From Escherichia phage GEP001, in the sequence record PV173775: a stretch of DNA of 64,000 nt; one strand, 5' to 3'. A program made the translations under genes and the position numbers. Below are positions 9,058-19,858 of the stretch, piece by piece (position 1 is the stretch's first letter; each line of letters starts with the position of its first letter). The notes below the pieces were generated by a model. The model was given only the letters and a program-made list of their open reading frames with translations, did not search any database and was not told the origin of the DNA.

Positions 9058-11151
9058 ATGGAACTCATTACAGAATTATTTGACGAAGATACTACTCTTC
9101 CGATTACAAACTTAAATCCAAAGAAGAAAATACCGCAAATTTTTTCAGTTCATGTTGATGACGCAATTGAACAACCAGGCTTTCGTTTATGTACCTATAC
9201 ATCTGGAGGTGATACTAACCGTGATTTAAAGATGGGCGATAAAATGATGCATATTGTTCCTTTTACATTAACTGCTAAAGGTTCAATTGCTAAATTAAAA
9301 GGTCTCGGTCCAAGCCCAATTAATTACATCAATTCAGTTTTTACTGTTGCAATGCAGACGATGCGCCAGTATAAAATTGATGCCTGTATGCTTCGTATTC
9401 TTAAGTCTAAAACTGCTGGTCAAGCTCGACAAATTCAAGTTATTGCTGATAGACTTATCCGTAGTCGTTCAGGCGGCAGATACGTCCTTCTTAAGGAACT
9501 CTGGGATTACGATAAAAAGTATGCATATATTCTTATACATCGCAAAAATGTATCACTAGAAGACATTCCAGGAGTTCCAGAAATTAGTACCGAGCTCTTT
9601 ACTAAAGTTGAATCGAAGGTCGGCGATGTTTATATCAATAAAGATACTGGAGCTCAAGTAACTAAAAATGAGGCAATTGCAGCATCTATTGCGCAAGAAA
9701 ATGATAAACGTTCTGACCAAGCTGTAATCGTTAAAGTTAAAATTTCCCGTAGAGCAATTGCACAAAGTCAGTCATTGGAATCTTCTAGATTTGAAAGTGA
9801 ATTATTCCAGAAATATGAATCTACCGCAGCTAATTTCAATAAACCTGCTACAGCTCCTTTAATTCCCGAAGCAGAAGAAATGAAGCTTGGAATTAATTCA
9901 TTAGCTTCTAAAACTAAGGCAGCAAAAATTATTGCCGAAGGAACCGCAGATGAACTTCACTATGACTATAAATTCTTTTCAAAAAGTGATGTTAATGAAG
10001 TTTCTGAAAAAATTAAAGATGTAATTCTTAATGCGATTAAAAATGAACCAACTACTTCAATAAAATGTTTAGAGAAGTATGCAGCAGCTATTAATAAATT
10101 CTTTGAAGAATATAAAGATACTTGGCTTGATAAACATAATAAAACTCGTAAAGGGCAGCCAGATGAAGTCTGGGAAGAAATAACTAAAAATTCCTGGAAC
10201 GCAGCAAAAACTAAATTCCTCAAACGAATGATTTATAGCTTTTCTGGAATTGGTGCAGGTCCAATGATTGATATTACTATTGCCCGTGATGGTTCTAAAT
10301 ATACTCCATCACAAAAGCGCGGCATTAGAGAGTATTGTGGTTCAGGATATACTGACATCAATAATCTTCTTTTGGGTCGTTACAATCCAGAACGATATGA
10401 TGTAATGAGTGAAAAAGAAATTGAATCTGCGATAAATAATTTAGATTCAGCTTTTGAAAATGGTGACCGTATACCAGAAGGCATTACAGTTTATCGTGCT
10501 CAAAGTATGACTGCTCCTATATACGAAGCGCTAGTTAAAAATAAAGTGTTCTATTTCAGAAATTTTGTATCTACTTCTTTAACTCCTATCATTTTTGGAC
10601 GTTTTGGAATTACACATGCTGGTATCGGTCTTTTAGAACCAGAAGCTCGTAATGAATTAACAGTTGATAAAAATGAAGAAGGAATAACTATTAATCCAAA
10701 CGAAATAAGAGCGTATAAAGAAAATCCTGAATACGTTAAAGTTCAAATAGGATGGGCAATTGATGGAGCTCATAAAGTTAATGTTGTATATCCAGGAAGT
10801 CTCGGAATAGCAACAGAAGCTGAAGTAATTCTACCACGCGGATTGATGGTCAAAGTTAATAAAATAACTGATGCTTCTAATAATGACGGAACAACATCTA
10901 ATAATACAAAACTCATTCAAGCTGAAGTTATGACTACGGAAGAACTCACCGAATCAGTCATTTATGACGGTGACCGTCTAATGGAAACCGGCGAAGTAGT
11001 TGCAATGACAGGTGATATTGAAATAGAAGACAGAGTTGACTTTGCATCATTTGTTTCATCAAATGTTAAACAGAAAGCAGAATCATCTCTCGGAATTATT
11101 GCGTCTTGCATAGATATTACAAACATGCCTTACAAGTTCGTTCAAGGATAA
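9058..11151 (+). CDS. alt: ADP-ribosyltransferase Alt (capsid-packaged, modifies host RNA polymerase)
   Basis: 697 aa from second ATG (MELITELFDEDTTLPITNL... recalled T4 Alt N-terminus); STS motif (FYFRNFVSTSL) and E-x-E (EAEVILPRG); late promoter TATAAATA 9027-9034. Confidence 0.85.
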   Translation: MELITELFDEDTTLPITNLNPKKKIPQIFSVHVDDAIEQPGFRLCTYTSGGDTNRDLKMGDKMMHIVPFTLTAKGSIAKLKGLGPSPINYINSVFTVAMQTMRQYKIDACMLRILKSKTAGQARQIQVIADRLIRSRSGGRYVLLKELWDYDKKYAYILIHRKNVSLEDIPGVPEISTELFTKVESKVGDVYINKDTGAQVTKNEAIAASIAQENDKRSDQAVIVKVKISRRAIAQSQSLESSRFESELFQKYESTAANFNKPATAPLIPEAEEMKLGINSLASKTKAAKIIAEGTADELHYDYKFFSKSDVNEVSEKIKDVILNAIKNEPTTSIKCLEKYAAAINKFFEEYKDTWLDKHNKTRKGQPDEVWEEITKNSWNAAKTKFLKRMIYSFSGIGAGPMIDITIARDGSKYTPSQKRGIREYCGSGYTDINNLLLGRYNPERYDVMSEKEIESAINNLDSAFENGDRIPEGITVYRAQSMTAPIYEALVKNKVFYFRNFVSTSLTPIIFGRFGITHAGIGLLEPEARNELTVDKNEEGITINPNEIRAYKENPEYVKVQIGWAIDGAHKVNVVYPGSLGIATEAEVILPRGLMVKVNKITDASNNDGTTSNNTKLIQAEVMTTEELTESVIYDGDRLMETGEVVAMTGDIEIEDRVDFASFVSSNVKQKAESSLGIIASCIDITNMPYKFVQG

Positions 11152-11154
11152 ATC

Positions 11155-13212
11155 ATGGAACTTATTACAGAATTATTTGACGGCGCTTCGGCGCCGGTTG
11201 TTAACTTAAATCCTAAGCATAAAATACCTCAAATTTTTGCTATTCAAGCCGGTGAAGAAAGCGTGCTTCCTGGATTTAGATTTTGTACATACACCTCTGG
11301 CGGTGATACAAATAAAAACGTTAAGCCAGGCGATAAAATGATGCATATCGTAATGATAGGTGTTAATGAGAAACTATCATTAGTTAAACTTAAAAACTTA
11401 GGTGGAAATCCAATTGGTGTCATTAATGCGGTTTTTGATACTGCTCTTCAGACAATGAAACAGTACAAAATTGACGCATGCTTATTCCGCGTACTAAAGA
11501 GTAAAACAAATGGCGCAGCTCGACAAATTCAAGTTATTGCTGACCGTTTAGTACGTACTAAAGGAGCAGGTCGATATGTTCTTTTAAAAGAAATCTGGGA
11601 TTACGATAAAAAGTACGCATATATTATGGTTTACCGTAAAAATGCTAATTTAGAAGACATTCCAGGTGTACCTCCTATTTCAACTGAGTTATTCACAAAA
11701 GTTGAATCAAAGGTTGGTGATGTTTATGTAGATGTTAAAACAGGTAATGCTGTTCCTAAAGCTGTTGCTGTTGCTGCTTCTATTGCTTTAGAAAATGATA
11801 AGCGCACGGATCAAGCTGTTATTCAGAAAACTAAAATTAGTCGTCGATTAGCAGCACAAGCTCAATACTCTACTGTCGATGCTTCACTTCAGGGTGATAG
11901 CTTCGCTGCTAAGAAATATCAAGAGTTTGAATCTAAAGTTCCGGTATATAAAGCAGAAGGACCAATGAACTCCGGCGTTATTCAGGTTGGTTCAAACTTC
12001 AGCAAAGGAGCTATCGGTGGTATGAGAAGTGCTTCTCGTTTTAAATCTAATGATTATGAACTAGAAAGCTTCCGAAATCATATTGCATTGGCTCATGCAC
12101 GTTTACGTGATCCATCTATCAAGTTACAGAGCGATATAACATATCAAGGTTCTCAAGAATATTTAAAGAATAAAGAATTTTTTGATTATAAAACTGATAA
12201 AATTTTAAGCGATCTTGCTGACATTAATATTTCTAATAGCTTTGATGTTATTAAGAAAATTGTCAATGATTTAGTTAAAGGTTCTAAAGCCACACCAGAT
12301 GAAAAGGTAGCTATTGTTCAATTTGTCATGAATGGCATTTATAAATTGATTAATGAGTCTGCTTCTCAAGCGTATGAATATGCAAGTACTGAAGTACCCC
12401 CAAAAGGATTAACTCAAGCTGAGTCTGATGTAATTGAAGATTATTGCGCAGATTCATATGTTGAAATGAACTCGTTCCTTTTAGGTAAACCAGATTCTAC
12501 TCGTGAAGAATATATGGAACGAGCTATTAAACACATCGAGACAATGGATTCTGCTTTTGCCAAAGGATCAGTTCTTCCTCCAGGAACTACGCTTTACCGT
12601 GGCCAAGAAGTTACCTTTAAAACTTTACGTCATAATATTGAAAATAAAATGTTCTATTTTAAGAACTTCGTATCCACATCGCTTAAACCAAATATCTTCG
12701 GTGAGTATGGTAAAAACTATATGGCCCTAGATGATTCCGGCACAGTATTTTCTGGTGAAGGAGAAGGTTCAGTTGATGCTGAAGATTTGATGCATATGGG
12801 CAGTCATTCTGCGTATGCCAATGAAGATGCTGAAACTAGCGTTGGTATGGTAATTAAAGGAGCTGAGCGAATCAAAGTTATCGTTCCAGGTCATTTATCA
12901 GGATTTCCATCAGAAGCTGAAGTTATTTTACCGCGTGGAATTTTGCTGAAGATTAATAAAGTGAGTACGTACATGATGAAAGAAACTGCTTATAACAAGT
13001 ATCTAATCGAAGGCACAATCGTTCCTCCTTCTGAACAATTAGAAGAATCGGTATATGATGGTGACCATCTGATGGAAACTGGTGAAGTTCGTCCAATGAC
13101 TGGATTTAACCAATTCCTTGTAGAAGAATCAAAAGAAGAGGAAAACGAAGTTTCTCAAATCTTGGCTTCTTTGGTTAACATCAACGGAATGTCTAAAAAG
13201 TTCAAGATGTAG
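11155..13212 (+). CDS. Alt-paralogous ADP-ribosyltransferase, 685 aa
   Basis: N-terminal ~230 aa closely parallel to Alt (MELITELFDGASAPVVNLNPKHKIPQIF...); STS (FYFKNFVSTSL) and E-x-E (EAEVILPRG) retained; central region unrelated. Confidence 0.8.
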   Translation: MELITELFDGASAPVVNLNPKHKIPQIFAIQAGEESVLPGFRFCTYTSGGDTNKNVKPGDKMMHIVMIGVNEKLSLVKLKNLGGNPIGVINAVFDTALQTMKQYKIDACLFRVLKSKTNGAARQIQVIADRLVRTKGAGRYVLLKEIWDYDKKYAYIMVYRKNANLEDIPGVPPISTELFTKVESKVGDVYVDVKTGNAVPKAVAVAASIALENDKRTDQAVIQKTKISRRLAAQAQYSTVDASLQGDSFAAKKYQEFESKVPVYKAEGPMNSGVIQVGSNFSKGAIGGMRSASRFKSNDYELESFRNHIALAHARLRDPSIKLQSDITYQGSQEYLKNKEFFDYKTDKILSDLADINISNSFDVIKKIVNDLVKGSKATPDEKVAIVQFVMNGIYKLINESASQAYEYASTEVPPKGLTQAESDVIEDYCADSYVEMNSFLLGKPDSTREEYMERAIKHIETMDSAFAKGSVLPPGTTLYRGQEVTFKTLRHNIENKMFYFKNFVSTSLKPNIFGEYGKNYMALDDSGTVFSGEGEGSVDAEDLMHMGSHSAYANEDAETSVGMVIKGAERIKVIVPGHLSGFPSEAEVILPRGILLKINKVSTYMMKETAYNKYLIEGTIVPPSEQLEESVYDGDHLMETGEVRPMTGFNQFLVEESKEEENEVSQILASLVNINGMSKKFKM

Positions 13213-13241
13213 TTTACAAGTCCCTCGTGTTGTGTTATAGT
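13212..13241 (+). promoter_or_regulatory. early-type promoter
   Basis: GTTTAC 13212-13217, TATAGT 13236-13241; upstream of ORF 13273. Confidence 0.55.
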
Positions 13242-13272
13242 AATTTTACTTACATAACATGAGGAACACAAA

Positions 13273-13563
13273 ATGAAATCTTCTTTGCGCTTTTTAGGTC
13301 AAGAACTTGTAGTTGAAGGCGTTATTCCTGCTGATAATGCTTTTAATGAAGCAGTTTATGATGAATTTATCAAAATTTTTGGAACAGATAAAAAGTTTGG
13401 AATTTTTCCTTCTGAAAATTTTTCAAAGCCACAGCAGACTGAAAGCATTTTCCAAGGTGTAGTAACAGGTAAATTTGAGTCAGAAGCTCCGGTAAAAATT
13501 GAAGTTTATATTGAAGACAGTTTAGTTGCTTCAGTTGCTGCTTTTATTTCATTCCGTAAATAA
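13273..13563 (+). CDS. hypothetical protein, 96 aa
   Basis: GAGGA ribosome-binding site 13261-13265; own early-type promoter 13212-13241; bidirectional terminator 13566-13596. Confidence 0.55.
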   Translation: MKSSLRFLGQELVVEGVIPADNAFNEAVYDEFIKIFGTDKKFGIFPSENFSKPQQTESIFQGVVTGKFESEAPVKIEVYIEDSLVASVAAFISFRK

Positions 13564-13565
13564 AA

Positions 13566-13596
13566 ATATGGGGACCGAAAGGTCCCCATTGTTTTA
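13566..13596. terminator. bidirectional terminator between 96-aa ORF (+) and gene 54 (-)
   Basis: 9-bp stem ATGGGGACC-GAAA-GGTCCCCAT with T-runs on both strands. Confidence 0.75.
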
Positions 13597-14559
13597 TATT
13601 GCTCCTAATATTTTACTTTGCGAGTTGACAATTCCCGTCATAGTATTAATGTTTGAAATGCTTCCAGCAGTTCCTCCTAATCTACTAAGTCGTGAAAGCG
13701 AATTAGATAGTCCAGTAACGCCTCCGCTATTTCCGAGAACGCTTTGAATGCCATTTATAGCAGCAGATTCAAGCCACTCAAGCGCAGCTTGTCTATCAAC
13801 TGCTCCAGCCTGCATAACTCTATACGCAAAAGTAACATCAAATGTAGTTATTTGGTTATCTCCATCATATGATAACTCAGGAGCGCTCACTGACACTGGA
13901 ATGCATCCGGTGAACATCACTGCAGTATGAGGTAATCCATTACGAGCATGAAGATTAACTTGAATATCTGCCTCGACATCTTGTGGTAAAGCACGCAGTC
14001 CAGTTACTGGGTCTTGAACAGAGTTAACCCAGTCTTGCATTGCACGATAGTTACATGCTTCTGAATCCATTCTAAATGAAATAACCAAAGGGTCTAATTC
14101 TCTCCCAGTTATACGAATATTAGGAGAATTATAGTTCCAGTCAGTTTCATAGGATAATCTATTCTCTGGCATTTTTACAGAATATATCATCAATCCAGAT
14201 GAGTTATATGCCATGTTAAAGAAGTCAATTAAATATGTACCAACTGTAAATGAGCCCAATAAACTTTGAACTGTACGTTGACTCATGGCACCAATAAGAT
14301 ATTTACTAACCCCTGATTTTCTTATCAGTTTTTGTGTGCCAGCTGTAATTAGCGTGGTAATTCCCTGATTAATATCGCCTTGAGTCAATCCTAACCAATC
14401 TGAATTTAGACCCAAGTTATTATAAGAAAAGTTGCTAATTGAACTTATCAACGAAGAGCTTTTAGTTGATGGAGTTGTCGCAAAAACGCAGCTAAACATA
14501 TTATTACGTTGGAAATCTGCGTTTATTGCTTGATTATTAAATTCCTCTAAAGAATACAT
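13594..14559 (-). CDS. 54: baseplate tail-tube initiator
   Basis: 321 aa; length, position and sequence match recalled T4 gp54. Confidence 0.9.
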   Translation of the reverse strand: MYSLEEFNNQAINADFQRNNMFSCVFATTPSTKSSSLISSISNFSYNNLGLNSDWLGLTQGDINQGITTLITAGTQKLIRKSGVSKYLIGAMSQRTVQSLLGSFTVGTYLIDFFNMAYNSSGLMIYSVKMPENRLSYETDWNYNSPNIRITGRELDPLVISFRMDSEACNYRAMQDWVNSVQDPVTGLRALPQDVEADIQVNLHARNGLPHTAVMFTGCIPVSVSAPELSYDGDNQITTFDVTFAYRVMQAGAVDRQAALEWLESAAINGIQSVLGNSGGVTGLSNSLSRLSRLGGTAGSISNINTMTGIVNSQSKILGAI

Positions 14560-15653
14560 TAAAAAGTCCCCGCATATAAAGAAGCACGGTTTAACGTGAT
14601 AATTTCTCTCATAGTAATCTCAAGAGTAAATGTACTAGGGAGGTTTGGAGCAATAGCTAATCCGTTAAAGTTACCATTAGGTGTTTTATCAAATCTGATG
14701 CTCTGTATTTGGCATGGGCCAAATATTTCCGTTTTTCCATCAAACTTAGATGTTGCACCAAAGTTTTTCACCATCCAAATTGTCGGGTTTGAAACTACTA
14801 GAACGTTAGTTAAACTCGATGTCATTTTCTCAAATAGTGTTTTATTTTTAGCTGCGTCTTCCGGAGATAAAGGTTCAATTAACGTAGAACGATACCAATC
14901 ATCTAAATACCCCTTTATTTCAGCAGCATATTGAGATTTGCCAGTTTCACCATAAGAAAAATAGTTAAAATATTGATAGATATTAATAATAGCCATCAAA
15001 TCTTCTGTTGAACGTGGAGTCAAATCCCATGTAAACACTTTAGTTCTATTCTCAGCACCACCATACATACTTCTGGCTGTCGTATAAATCTGTTCATTAT
15101 TATCAGCCATTATACCTTGTGTTATACTTTCCAGTGCCCCAAATACTGCAGTTGAAGCAATATTACTTAGCACACCAGTAGCAGTACCTCCGCCTCTGCT
15201 GATAAGACTTTCTTGAACATCATTAAATCTATGTGATGATGTATCAACATCAGATTTAGATCTCGGTAAAAGAATGTTTGCGACAGGGGCTTTACTTATT
15301 GTTCCTGAATTATTATCTGATATTAATCCATTTGACAGTTTTGATACTGTATTACTGATAGTGTTTCTGGCTGTACGTAAAATACTCGAAGATGAAGAAG
15401 AGTAGTTAGATCTCATCGATCTAAGACTTCCAGAATCCCTAGATGACATATTGTATGCAGTAAATAATAATCCATTCTTATATAGATCTGTTACCTGGAA
15501 GTCCCCTGTAGTGTCATTACCACTAGCACGCCCAGTTGGAAACTGGGCAGTGTATGTTTTAGTTGCTACTTCTGATTTAGTACTCTGTCCGGCTGAAATT
15601 TTCTCACCGGACTTTTTAATTAAATCAGCAGTTATTTCTTTAACAATTGCCAT
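14559..15653 (-). CDS. 48: baseplate tail-tube cap
   Basis: 364 aa as T4 gp48; 1-nt stop/start overlap with gene 54. Confidence 0.9.
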   Translation of the reverse strand: MAIVKEITADLIKKSGEKISAGQSTKSEVATKTYTAQFPTGRASGNDTTGDFQVTDLYKNGLLFTAYNMSSRDSGSLRSMRSNYSSSSSSILRTARNTISNTVSKLSNGLISDNNSGTISKAPVANILLPRSKSDVDTSSHRFNDVQESLISRGGGTATGVLSNIASTAVFGALESITQGIMADNNEQIYTTARSMYGGAENRTKVFTWDLTPRSTEDLMAIINIYQYFNYFSYGETGKSQYAAEIKGYLDDWYRSTLIEPLSPEDAAKNKTLFEKMTSSLTNVLVVSNPTIWMVKNFGATSKFDGKTEIFGPCQIQSIRFDKTPNGNFNGLAIAPNLPSTFTLEITMREIITLNRASLYAGTF

Positions 15654-15661
15654 ATTATTCC

Positions 15662-17434
15662 TTAATTAACTCCTGTCGCGTCAAATACACCGGGAGCAGT
15701 TGTACTCGTAACAGGTGTCATATTATGAACGACAGTATTTTTCTTAATAACATTATTAGTATTATTGATCGAAGGAGATGCTTGTTGAACAGGAGCTTGT
15801 TGTGCTTTGTTCTTTTCTATTACCTGGACTTGTTTTGCTTCTGGCGATTTAGCAGAAGTTTCAGGTTTGGCATTAGGCTGATTTTTCTTGAGCTCTTGAT
15901 AAGTAGCATCAATTTTAGAAAATCTAGCAGCAAGTTCTTTTTTAACTGCCGGTGAATTATTTAAATCCGGGTCATCCATCCGTTTTTTAAGGTCTTCATA
16001 GGCAGCTTCAACTGATTTAACTGTTGAGTCTTTACTCATGTCAGCTGAATCAGCATATTTTTCAAAGCGAATCATCGCGGCGCGCGCTTCATTAGCCTTC
16101 ATTAAAGCATTTTTTCTTTCTTCAGGTGAAAGTTGCTTTAATTTTTCTTCTTCTGCTGCACGTTCTTCGTCGGTAGTTAGTGCTTCTTTATTATCAACTC
16201 CACGAATCCAGTTAGATGCACGAGTTTTCCAATTAGCAATTTTATCTAATCCTTTTGCTATCGGACCAAGGTCTCCGTTCATTCGTTTATCTTGATAATT
16301 TGCAACTTTTTCCTGGTCTTCTTTATTGAGAGATGCTCCAGTAGAATTTTGGAAATTTTCTAGTGCTCTTCCTTCTACTTCATCAGCGGTATCCTTCATG
16401 CCAGGAATGACTCGAAGAATTGCAGCAGATAATTTAGCCATTCCAAGCTGAATAAGTTCTCCTAAATTATAAAGAACCTTTCCAAGCCCTTCTACAATAG
16501 CTACCGTCAAACCGCCCCAATCTCCCTCTTCCCAGAATTTTTTAATTTCATCAATAGAACTAAAGATGCTCTGTAATAAAGGACCCCATGTTCCGGTTTC
16601 GCTAGAGAATTTAGTAAAGTTTGAACTAAACAAATCCCAAGCCTGCGAAAATTTATCTGACCAATATTTAAAGTGAACCATCAGCAGATCTATTCCAACA
16701 ACAACAGCCAATATCATTGCAGTCATTTTAGCGGCTTCAATAGCAGCACTGACGGTGTACTTAAATAACATGCTTGATATTTTATCAGTAATTGAAATGG
16801 ACTTCTTAAATCCAAAATCAACAGTCTTCGTTAATTTATCTAAAGCTTGAGATAATTTTAAGTTAAATGCGTCTTTTTTCTGTTTTTCTTCTGGTGATTC
16901 TTGTTTGGGTTCAACTGGCTGAGGGGTAGGGAAAAAATCAGCATCAGGATCATTATTAACTGCTTCAGGAGCCGGTAATAAAGGACCCACAGATTCAGCT
17001 GTATCATCCTCAACAACTTTAACAGGAATAGCGCTTTCAACCGTGGCTAAACTGGTTCCTGTTTGTTGAATTCCAGCTGTCTGAATTTTTTGCTCTAGTA
17101 AACTTGTTAATTTATCTAATTTGCTCCCGAGTGATTCACCGATTTCTTTATTAATATTGTTGCCAATTTCAACAGTTTCAGCAATTAACTCAGAACCGGC
17201 AGTAGTATCACTCACTGCGTTTTCTACGTTGTCAATTGCTCCAATTATTTCATTCGATTTTTCTTCGACAGTTTGAGCAATTAATTCAGAAGCAGCTTGA
17301 GCATCATCCAATTTCGTAGATATATCGTTAAGTCCAGATAAAGTGTTAGAAGCGGATTTAGCCGCTTCCTGTGTTGGTTTATTATCTGAAATAACTTTTC
17401 TACGCATCGTTTGCATTTCTTGTGGCTTTTTCAT
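15662..17434 (-). CDS. 29: baseplate hub / tail-length tape-measure protein
   Basis: 590 aa as T4 gp29; order 29-48-54. Confidence 0.9.
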   Translation of the reverse strand: MKKPQEMQTMRRKVISDNKPTQEAAKSASNTLSGLNDISTKLDDAQAASELIAQTVEEKSNEIIGAIDNVENAVSDTTAGSELIAETVEIGNNINKEIGESLGSKLDKLTSLLEQKIQTAGIQQTGTSLATVESAIPVKVVEDDTAESVGPLLPAPEAVNNDPDADFFPTPQPVEPKQESPEEKQKKDAFNLKLSQALDKLTKTVDFGFKKSISITDKISSMLFKYTVSAAIEAAKMTAMILAVVVGIDLLMVHFKYWSDKFSQAWDLFSSNFTKFSSETGTWGPLLQSIFSSIDEIKKFWEEGDWGGLTVAIVEGLGKVLYNLGELIQLGMAKLSAAILRVIPGMKDTADEVEGRALENFQNSTGASLNKEDQEKVANYQDKRMNGDLGPIAKGLDKIANWKTRASNWIRGVDNKEALTTDEERAAEEEKLKQLSPEERKNALMKANEARAAMIRFEKYADSADMSKDSTVKSVEAAYEDLKKRMDDPDLNNSPAVKKELAARFSKIDATYQELKKNQPNAKPETSAKSPEAKQVQVIEKNKAQQAPVQQASPSINNTNNVIKKNTVVHNMTPVTSTTAPGVFDATGVN

Positions 17435-17964
17435 TCAAATAATCCAATAATATTGCCAATTCCGGTTATTGGACCATTAGGGCCAGGAATTGCTAAAGTT
17501 GTAAAAATATCATTTGCCCATTTTAAAACGAATGCTGGCATCTCAAGAAAATTAATTTCTTTAACTTCATCATTGACCTTAAGCAAGCATTTGGATAACA
17601 TATCGCTCACAGTTAAAAATTGTTCAAATTTTCCAGGCGGTCTAAAATAAAATGTATTTCCTTGGTATTGAAATTCCAATCTTTGGCATACATAAACATC
17701 ATTAATGTCATAAGTATAACCATCTATTTCTTTGCGAGATTTAATCTTTCCATTAAATTCCAATAAATGAATAGAAACGAAATCAACTTCTGCCGGTGAT
17801 AAATTTGGACAAATAGAATCGATCAAAAGTTTTAAATTTTCATCAGGACCTTTAACATCTTTTAAAATGTTATAATGTTTAAGACCCATTTTAGGAATAG
17901 AAACTTCTTTATTGCTTATTGGAAGAACTACTTTCTTCAGTGGTAGTATCAGATTTAAATTCAT
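17431..17964 (-). CDS. 28: baseplate hub distal subunit
   Basis: 177 aa as T4 gp28; ATGA overlap with gene 29. Confidence 0.88.
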   Translation of the reverse strand: MNLNLILPLKKVVLPISNKEVSIPKMGLKHYNILKDVKGPDENLKLLIDSICPNLSPAEVDFVSIHLLEFNGKIKSRKEIDGYTYDINDVYVCQRLEFQYQGNTFYFRPPGKFEQFLTVSDMLSKCLLKVNDEVKEINFLEMPAFVLKWANDIFTTLAIPGPNGPITGIGNIIGLFE

Positions 17965-19084
17965 TTTTAACCTTAACTGGGTCTATTGTTTCCAGTTTCG
18001 TTGCATTAGTGAACATATATAGATGAGTTACTGAATTATTATTGGATAATTCATGGATGACTTCATCAACGTAAAATTCTGTTTTAAATTGGTTTTTACT
18101 ATCATTAAAAATAATTTTAACGCCAGGTGTCAAGTTAAAATTACCGACAGTAGAACATTTAGCATAGCCATCGTATTGTGCCATAGTTTGAAGACGAATA
18201 GCTTCTTCATATCCATTCCTATAAGTCATTTCAGAATAAGCACCTGACCTTGACACTACAATAGAGTTTTCGCCTTTTCCTGTAGTAATCATTGGCAATG
18301 AAGAATCTAAAAATGAATGCGCGTAGATAGTAGCGTTTTTCATTGGGTCGCGTTTGTGAGGATTCGATTTAGTCAACCAAACGAAATCATACGCTAATGG
18401 ATATTTTAATTCTTGGATGAATTGACCTATTAAAGATGGCTCACCGACAATCATTGGATAGGGTTCTTGATTTATCATCATATCATAGTCCATCATGTTA
18501 ACTCCCATGATGTCTTGCCATACAAATACAAATTTGTCACTTCCTACAGCTAGAGCAACTTCTCTAACATATGACAAATAGTTTTCAAATGTGCTAGTCC
18601 ACGGAATATCAGGAACATAAGCATTTATAGCATTTATTGCTGGAGTTAATAACGTGCGATCCTGATAAATGACACCAAGCATTTCCTTTATAGATTCACC
18701 TGCATCAGAGAAAAACGGTCTGCCAAATTTAAGATTTTCTATAGAATGAATAGTTCCCAATTCAATAGCAATGATGTTATCACCCTTTGAATCTACTGAC
18801 ACGGAAAAATGCTTACATCCATAAATTCTTGTTTTAACATTATTAATATCGTTTGCATTAGCTACAGAAATCTGAATTATTTCATTTCCATCCATTTTTG
18901 TATGGATGTTTTTAGAATCATAAAACTGCAGCATTCCTTCATTTCGGCCATAAAGAGAATCCCGCATAGTTAATGTGGTAATAGTAGCAGCTAATTCAAC
19001 AAATCTATTATTACTCCAAGCGTCGTAGCTATCAAACAATTTAACGCTGAGATTTGGATATCCTGGGCGTTGCAACATACTCAT
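17909..19084 (-). CDS. 27: baseplate hub subunit
   Basis: 391 aa as T4 gp27. Confidence 0.9.
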   Translation of the reverse strand: MSMLQRPGYPNLSVKLFDSYDAWSNNRFVELAATITTLTMRDSLYGRNEGMLQFYDSKNIHTKMDGNEIIQISVANANDINNVKTRIYGCKHFSVSVDSKGDNIIAIELGTIHSIENLKFGRPFFSDAGESIKEMLGVIYQDRTLLTPAINAINAYVPDIPWTSTFENYLSYVREVALAVGSDKFVFVWQDIMGVNMMDYDMMINQEPYPMIVGEPSLIGQFIQELKYPLAYDFVWLTKSNPHKRDPMKNATIYAHSFLDSSLPMITTGKGENSIVVSRSGAYSEMTYRNGYEEAIRLQTMAQYDGYAKCSTVGNFNLTPGVKIIFNDSKNQFKTEFYVDEVIHELSNNNSVTHLYMFTNATKLETIDPVKVKNEFKSDTTTEESSSSNKQ

Positions 19085-19833
19085 TATTGTTTATCCTTCT
19101 CAATCAGTTTTAATACGAATCCGCGCTCGGCAGGAATCATTTTCATTATTGAATTTAAACTATAATTACTTTTTACGAGTGTGTGATTAATTTGATAAAA
19201 AGTAAATATCTCATCTGGGTTAACTAATAGCTTAAACACATCTACTATATCAGTGTATTTTTTTACATACTTATCACAGCATGACATGTGTAGCGTTAAA
19301 TTAATAGGATTCATTGCATCGAGAATTTTTTCTAATGTTTCTATCTCGATGGCGTCAACAAGTTCTATTTGACTTGATTCACTAATTTCCTTCCAATCAT
19401 ACCATGTTTCATCTACTTGAACAGAATGAATATTTTCAGTAATCATCTTTGCTTTATTTTCATAAAACTCAGAAGGAAACTTTAATTTAATTTTAACATT
19501 AGCTACATCAAAAACAGGTTCCTTTAGTTCTTTTTGATATATTTCAAATGGAACTGTCTTTTCTTTTTTACATTTTGGACATACAAATGTGACCGGTACT
19601 TTAGTTTTACCTATTGACCCTACAAATACCTGCAAAAATATAAATGGTTGCCAAGTCTTCGGATAGTCTCCAAAATAATCAGCAATTAAATCAGCAATTA
19701 TTTCTTTTTGTTCTTGTGGTGACCGATGTTCTATATCGTTTCGAACTAACAAAAAATCTCGATAATCTTCTACCGTAAATGGTTTAAAACGATGAACACC
19801 ATCTGGTAATTTACAACGAATAATGTTTGCCAT
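19084..19833 (-). CDS. 51: baseplate hub assembly catalyst
   Basis: 249 aa as T4 gp51; late promoter 19851-19858 upstream. Confidence 0.88.
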   Translation of the reverse strand: MANIIRCKLPDGVHRFKPFTVEDYRDFLLVRNDIEHRSPQEQKEIIADLIADYFGDYPKTWQPFIFLQVFVGSIGKTKVPVTFVCPKCKKEKTVPFEIYQKELKEPVFDVANVKIKLKFPSEFYENKAKMITENIHSVQVDETWYDWKEISESSQIELVDAIEIETLEKILDAMNPINLTLHMSCCDKYVKKYTDIVDVFKLLVNPDEIFTFYQINHTLVKSNYSLNSIMKMIPAERGFVLKLIEKDKQ

Positions 19834-19850
19834 AGATGCTCCTTTTATTC

Positions 19851-19858
19851 TATTTATA
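19851..19858 (-). promoter_or_regulatory. late promoter TATAAATA for gene 51
   Basis: TATTTATA on + strand; overlaps the divergent gene 26 late promoter. Confidence 0.65.

Noticed and set aside
9347-9765. Short ORFs on both strands inside alt (9347-9559 +, 9556-9765 -)
   Set aside because: Wholly inside the alt coding frame with no start signals; six-frame noise.
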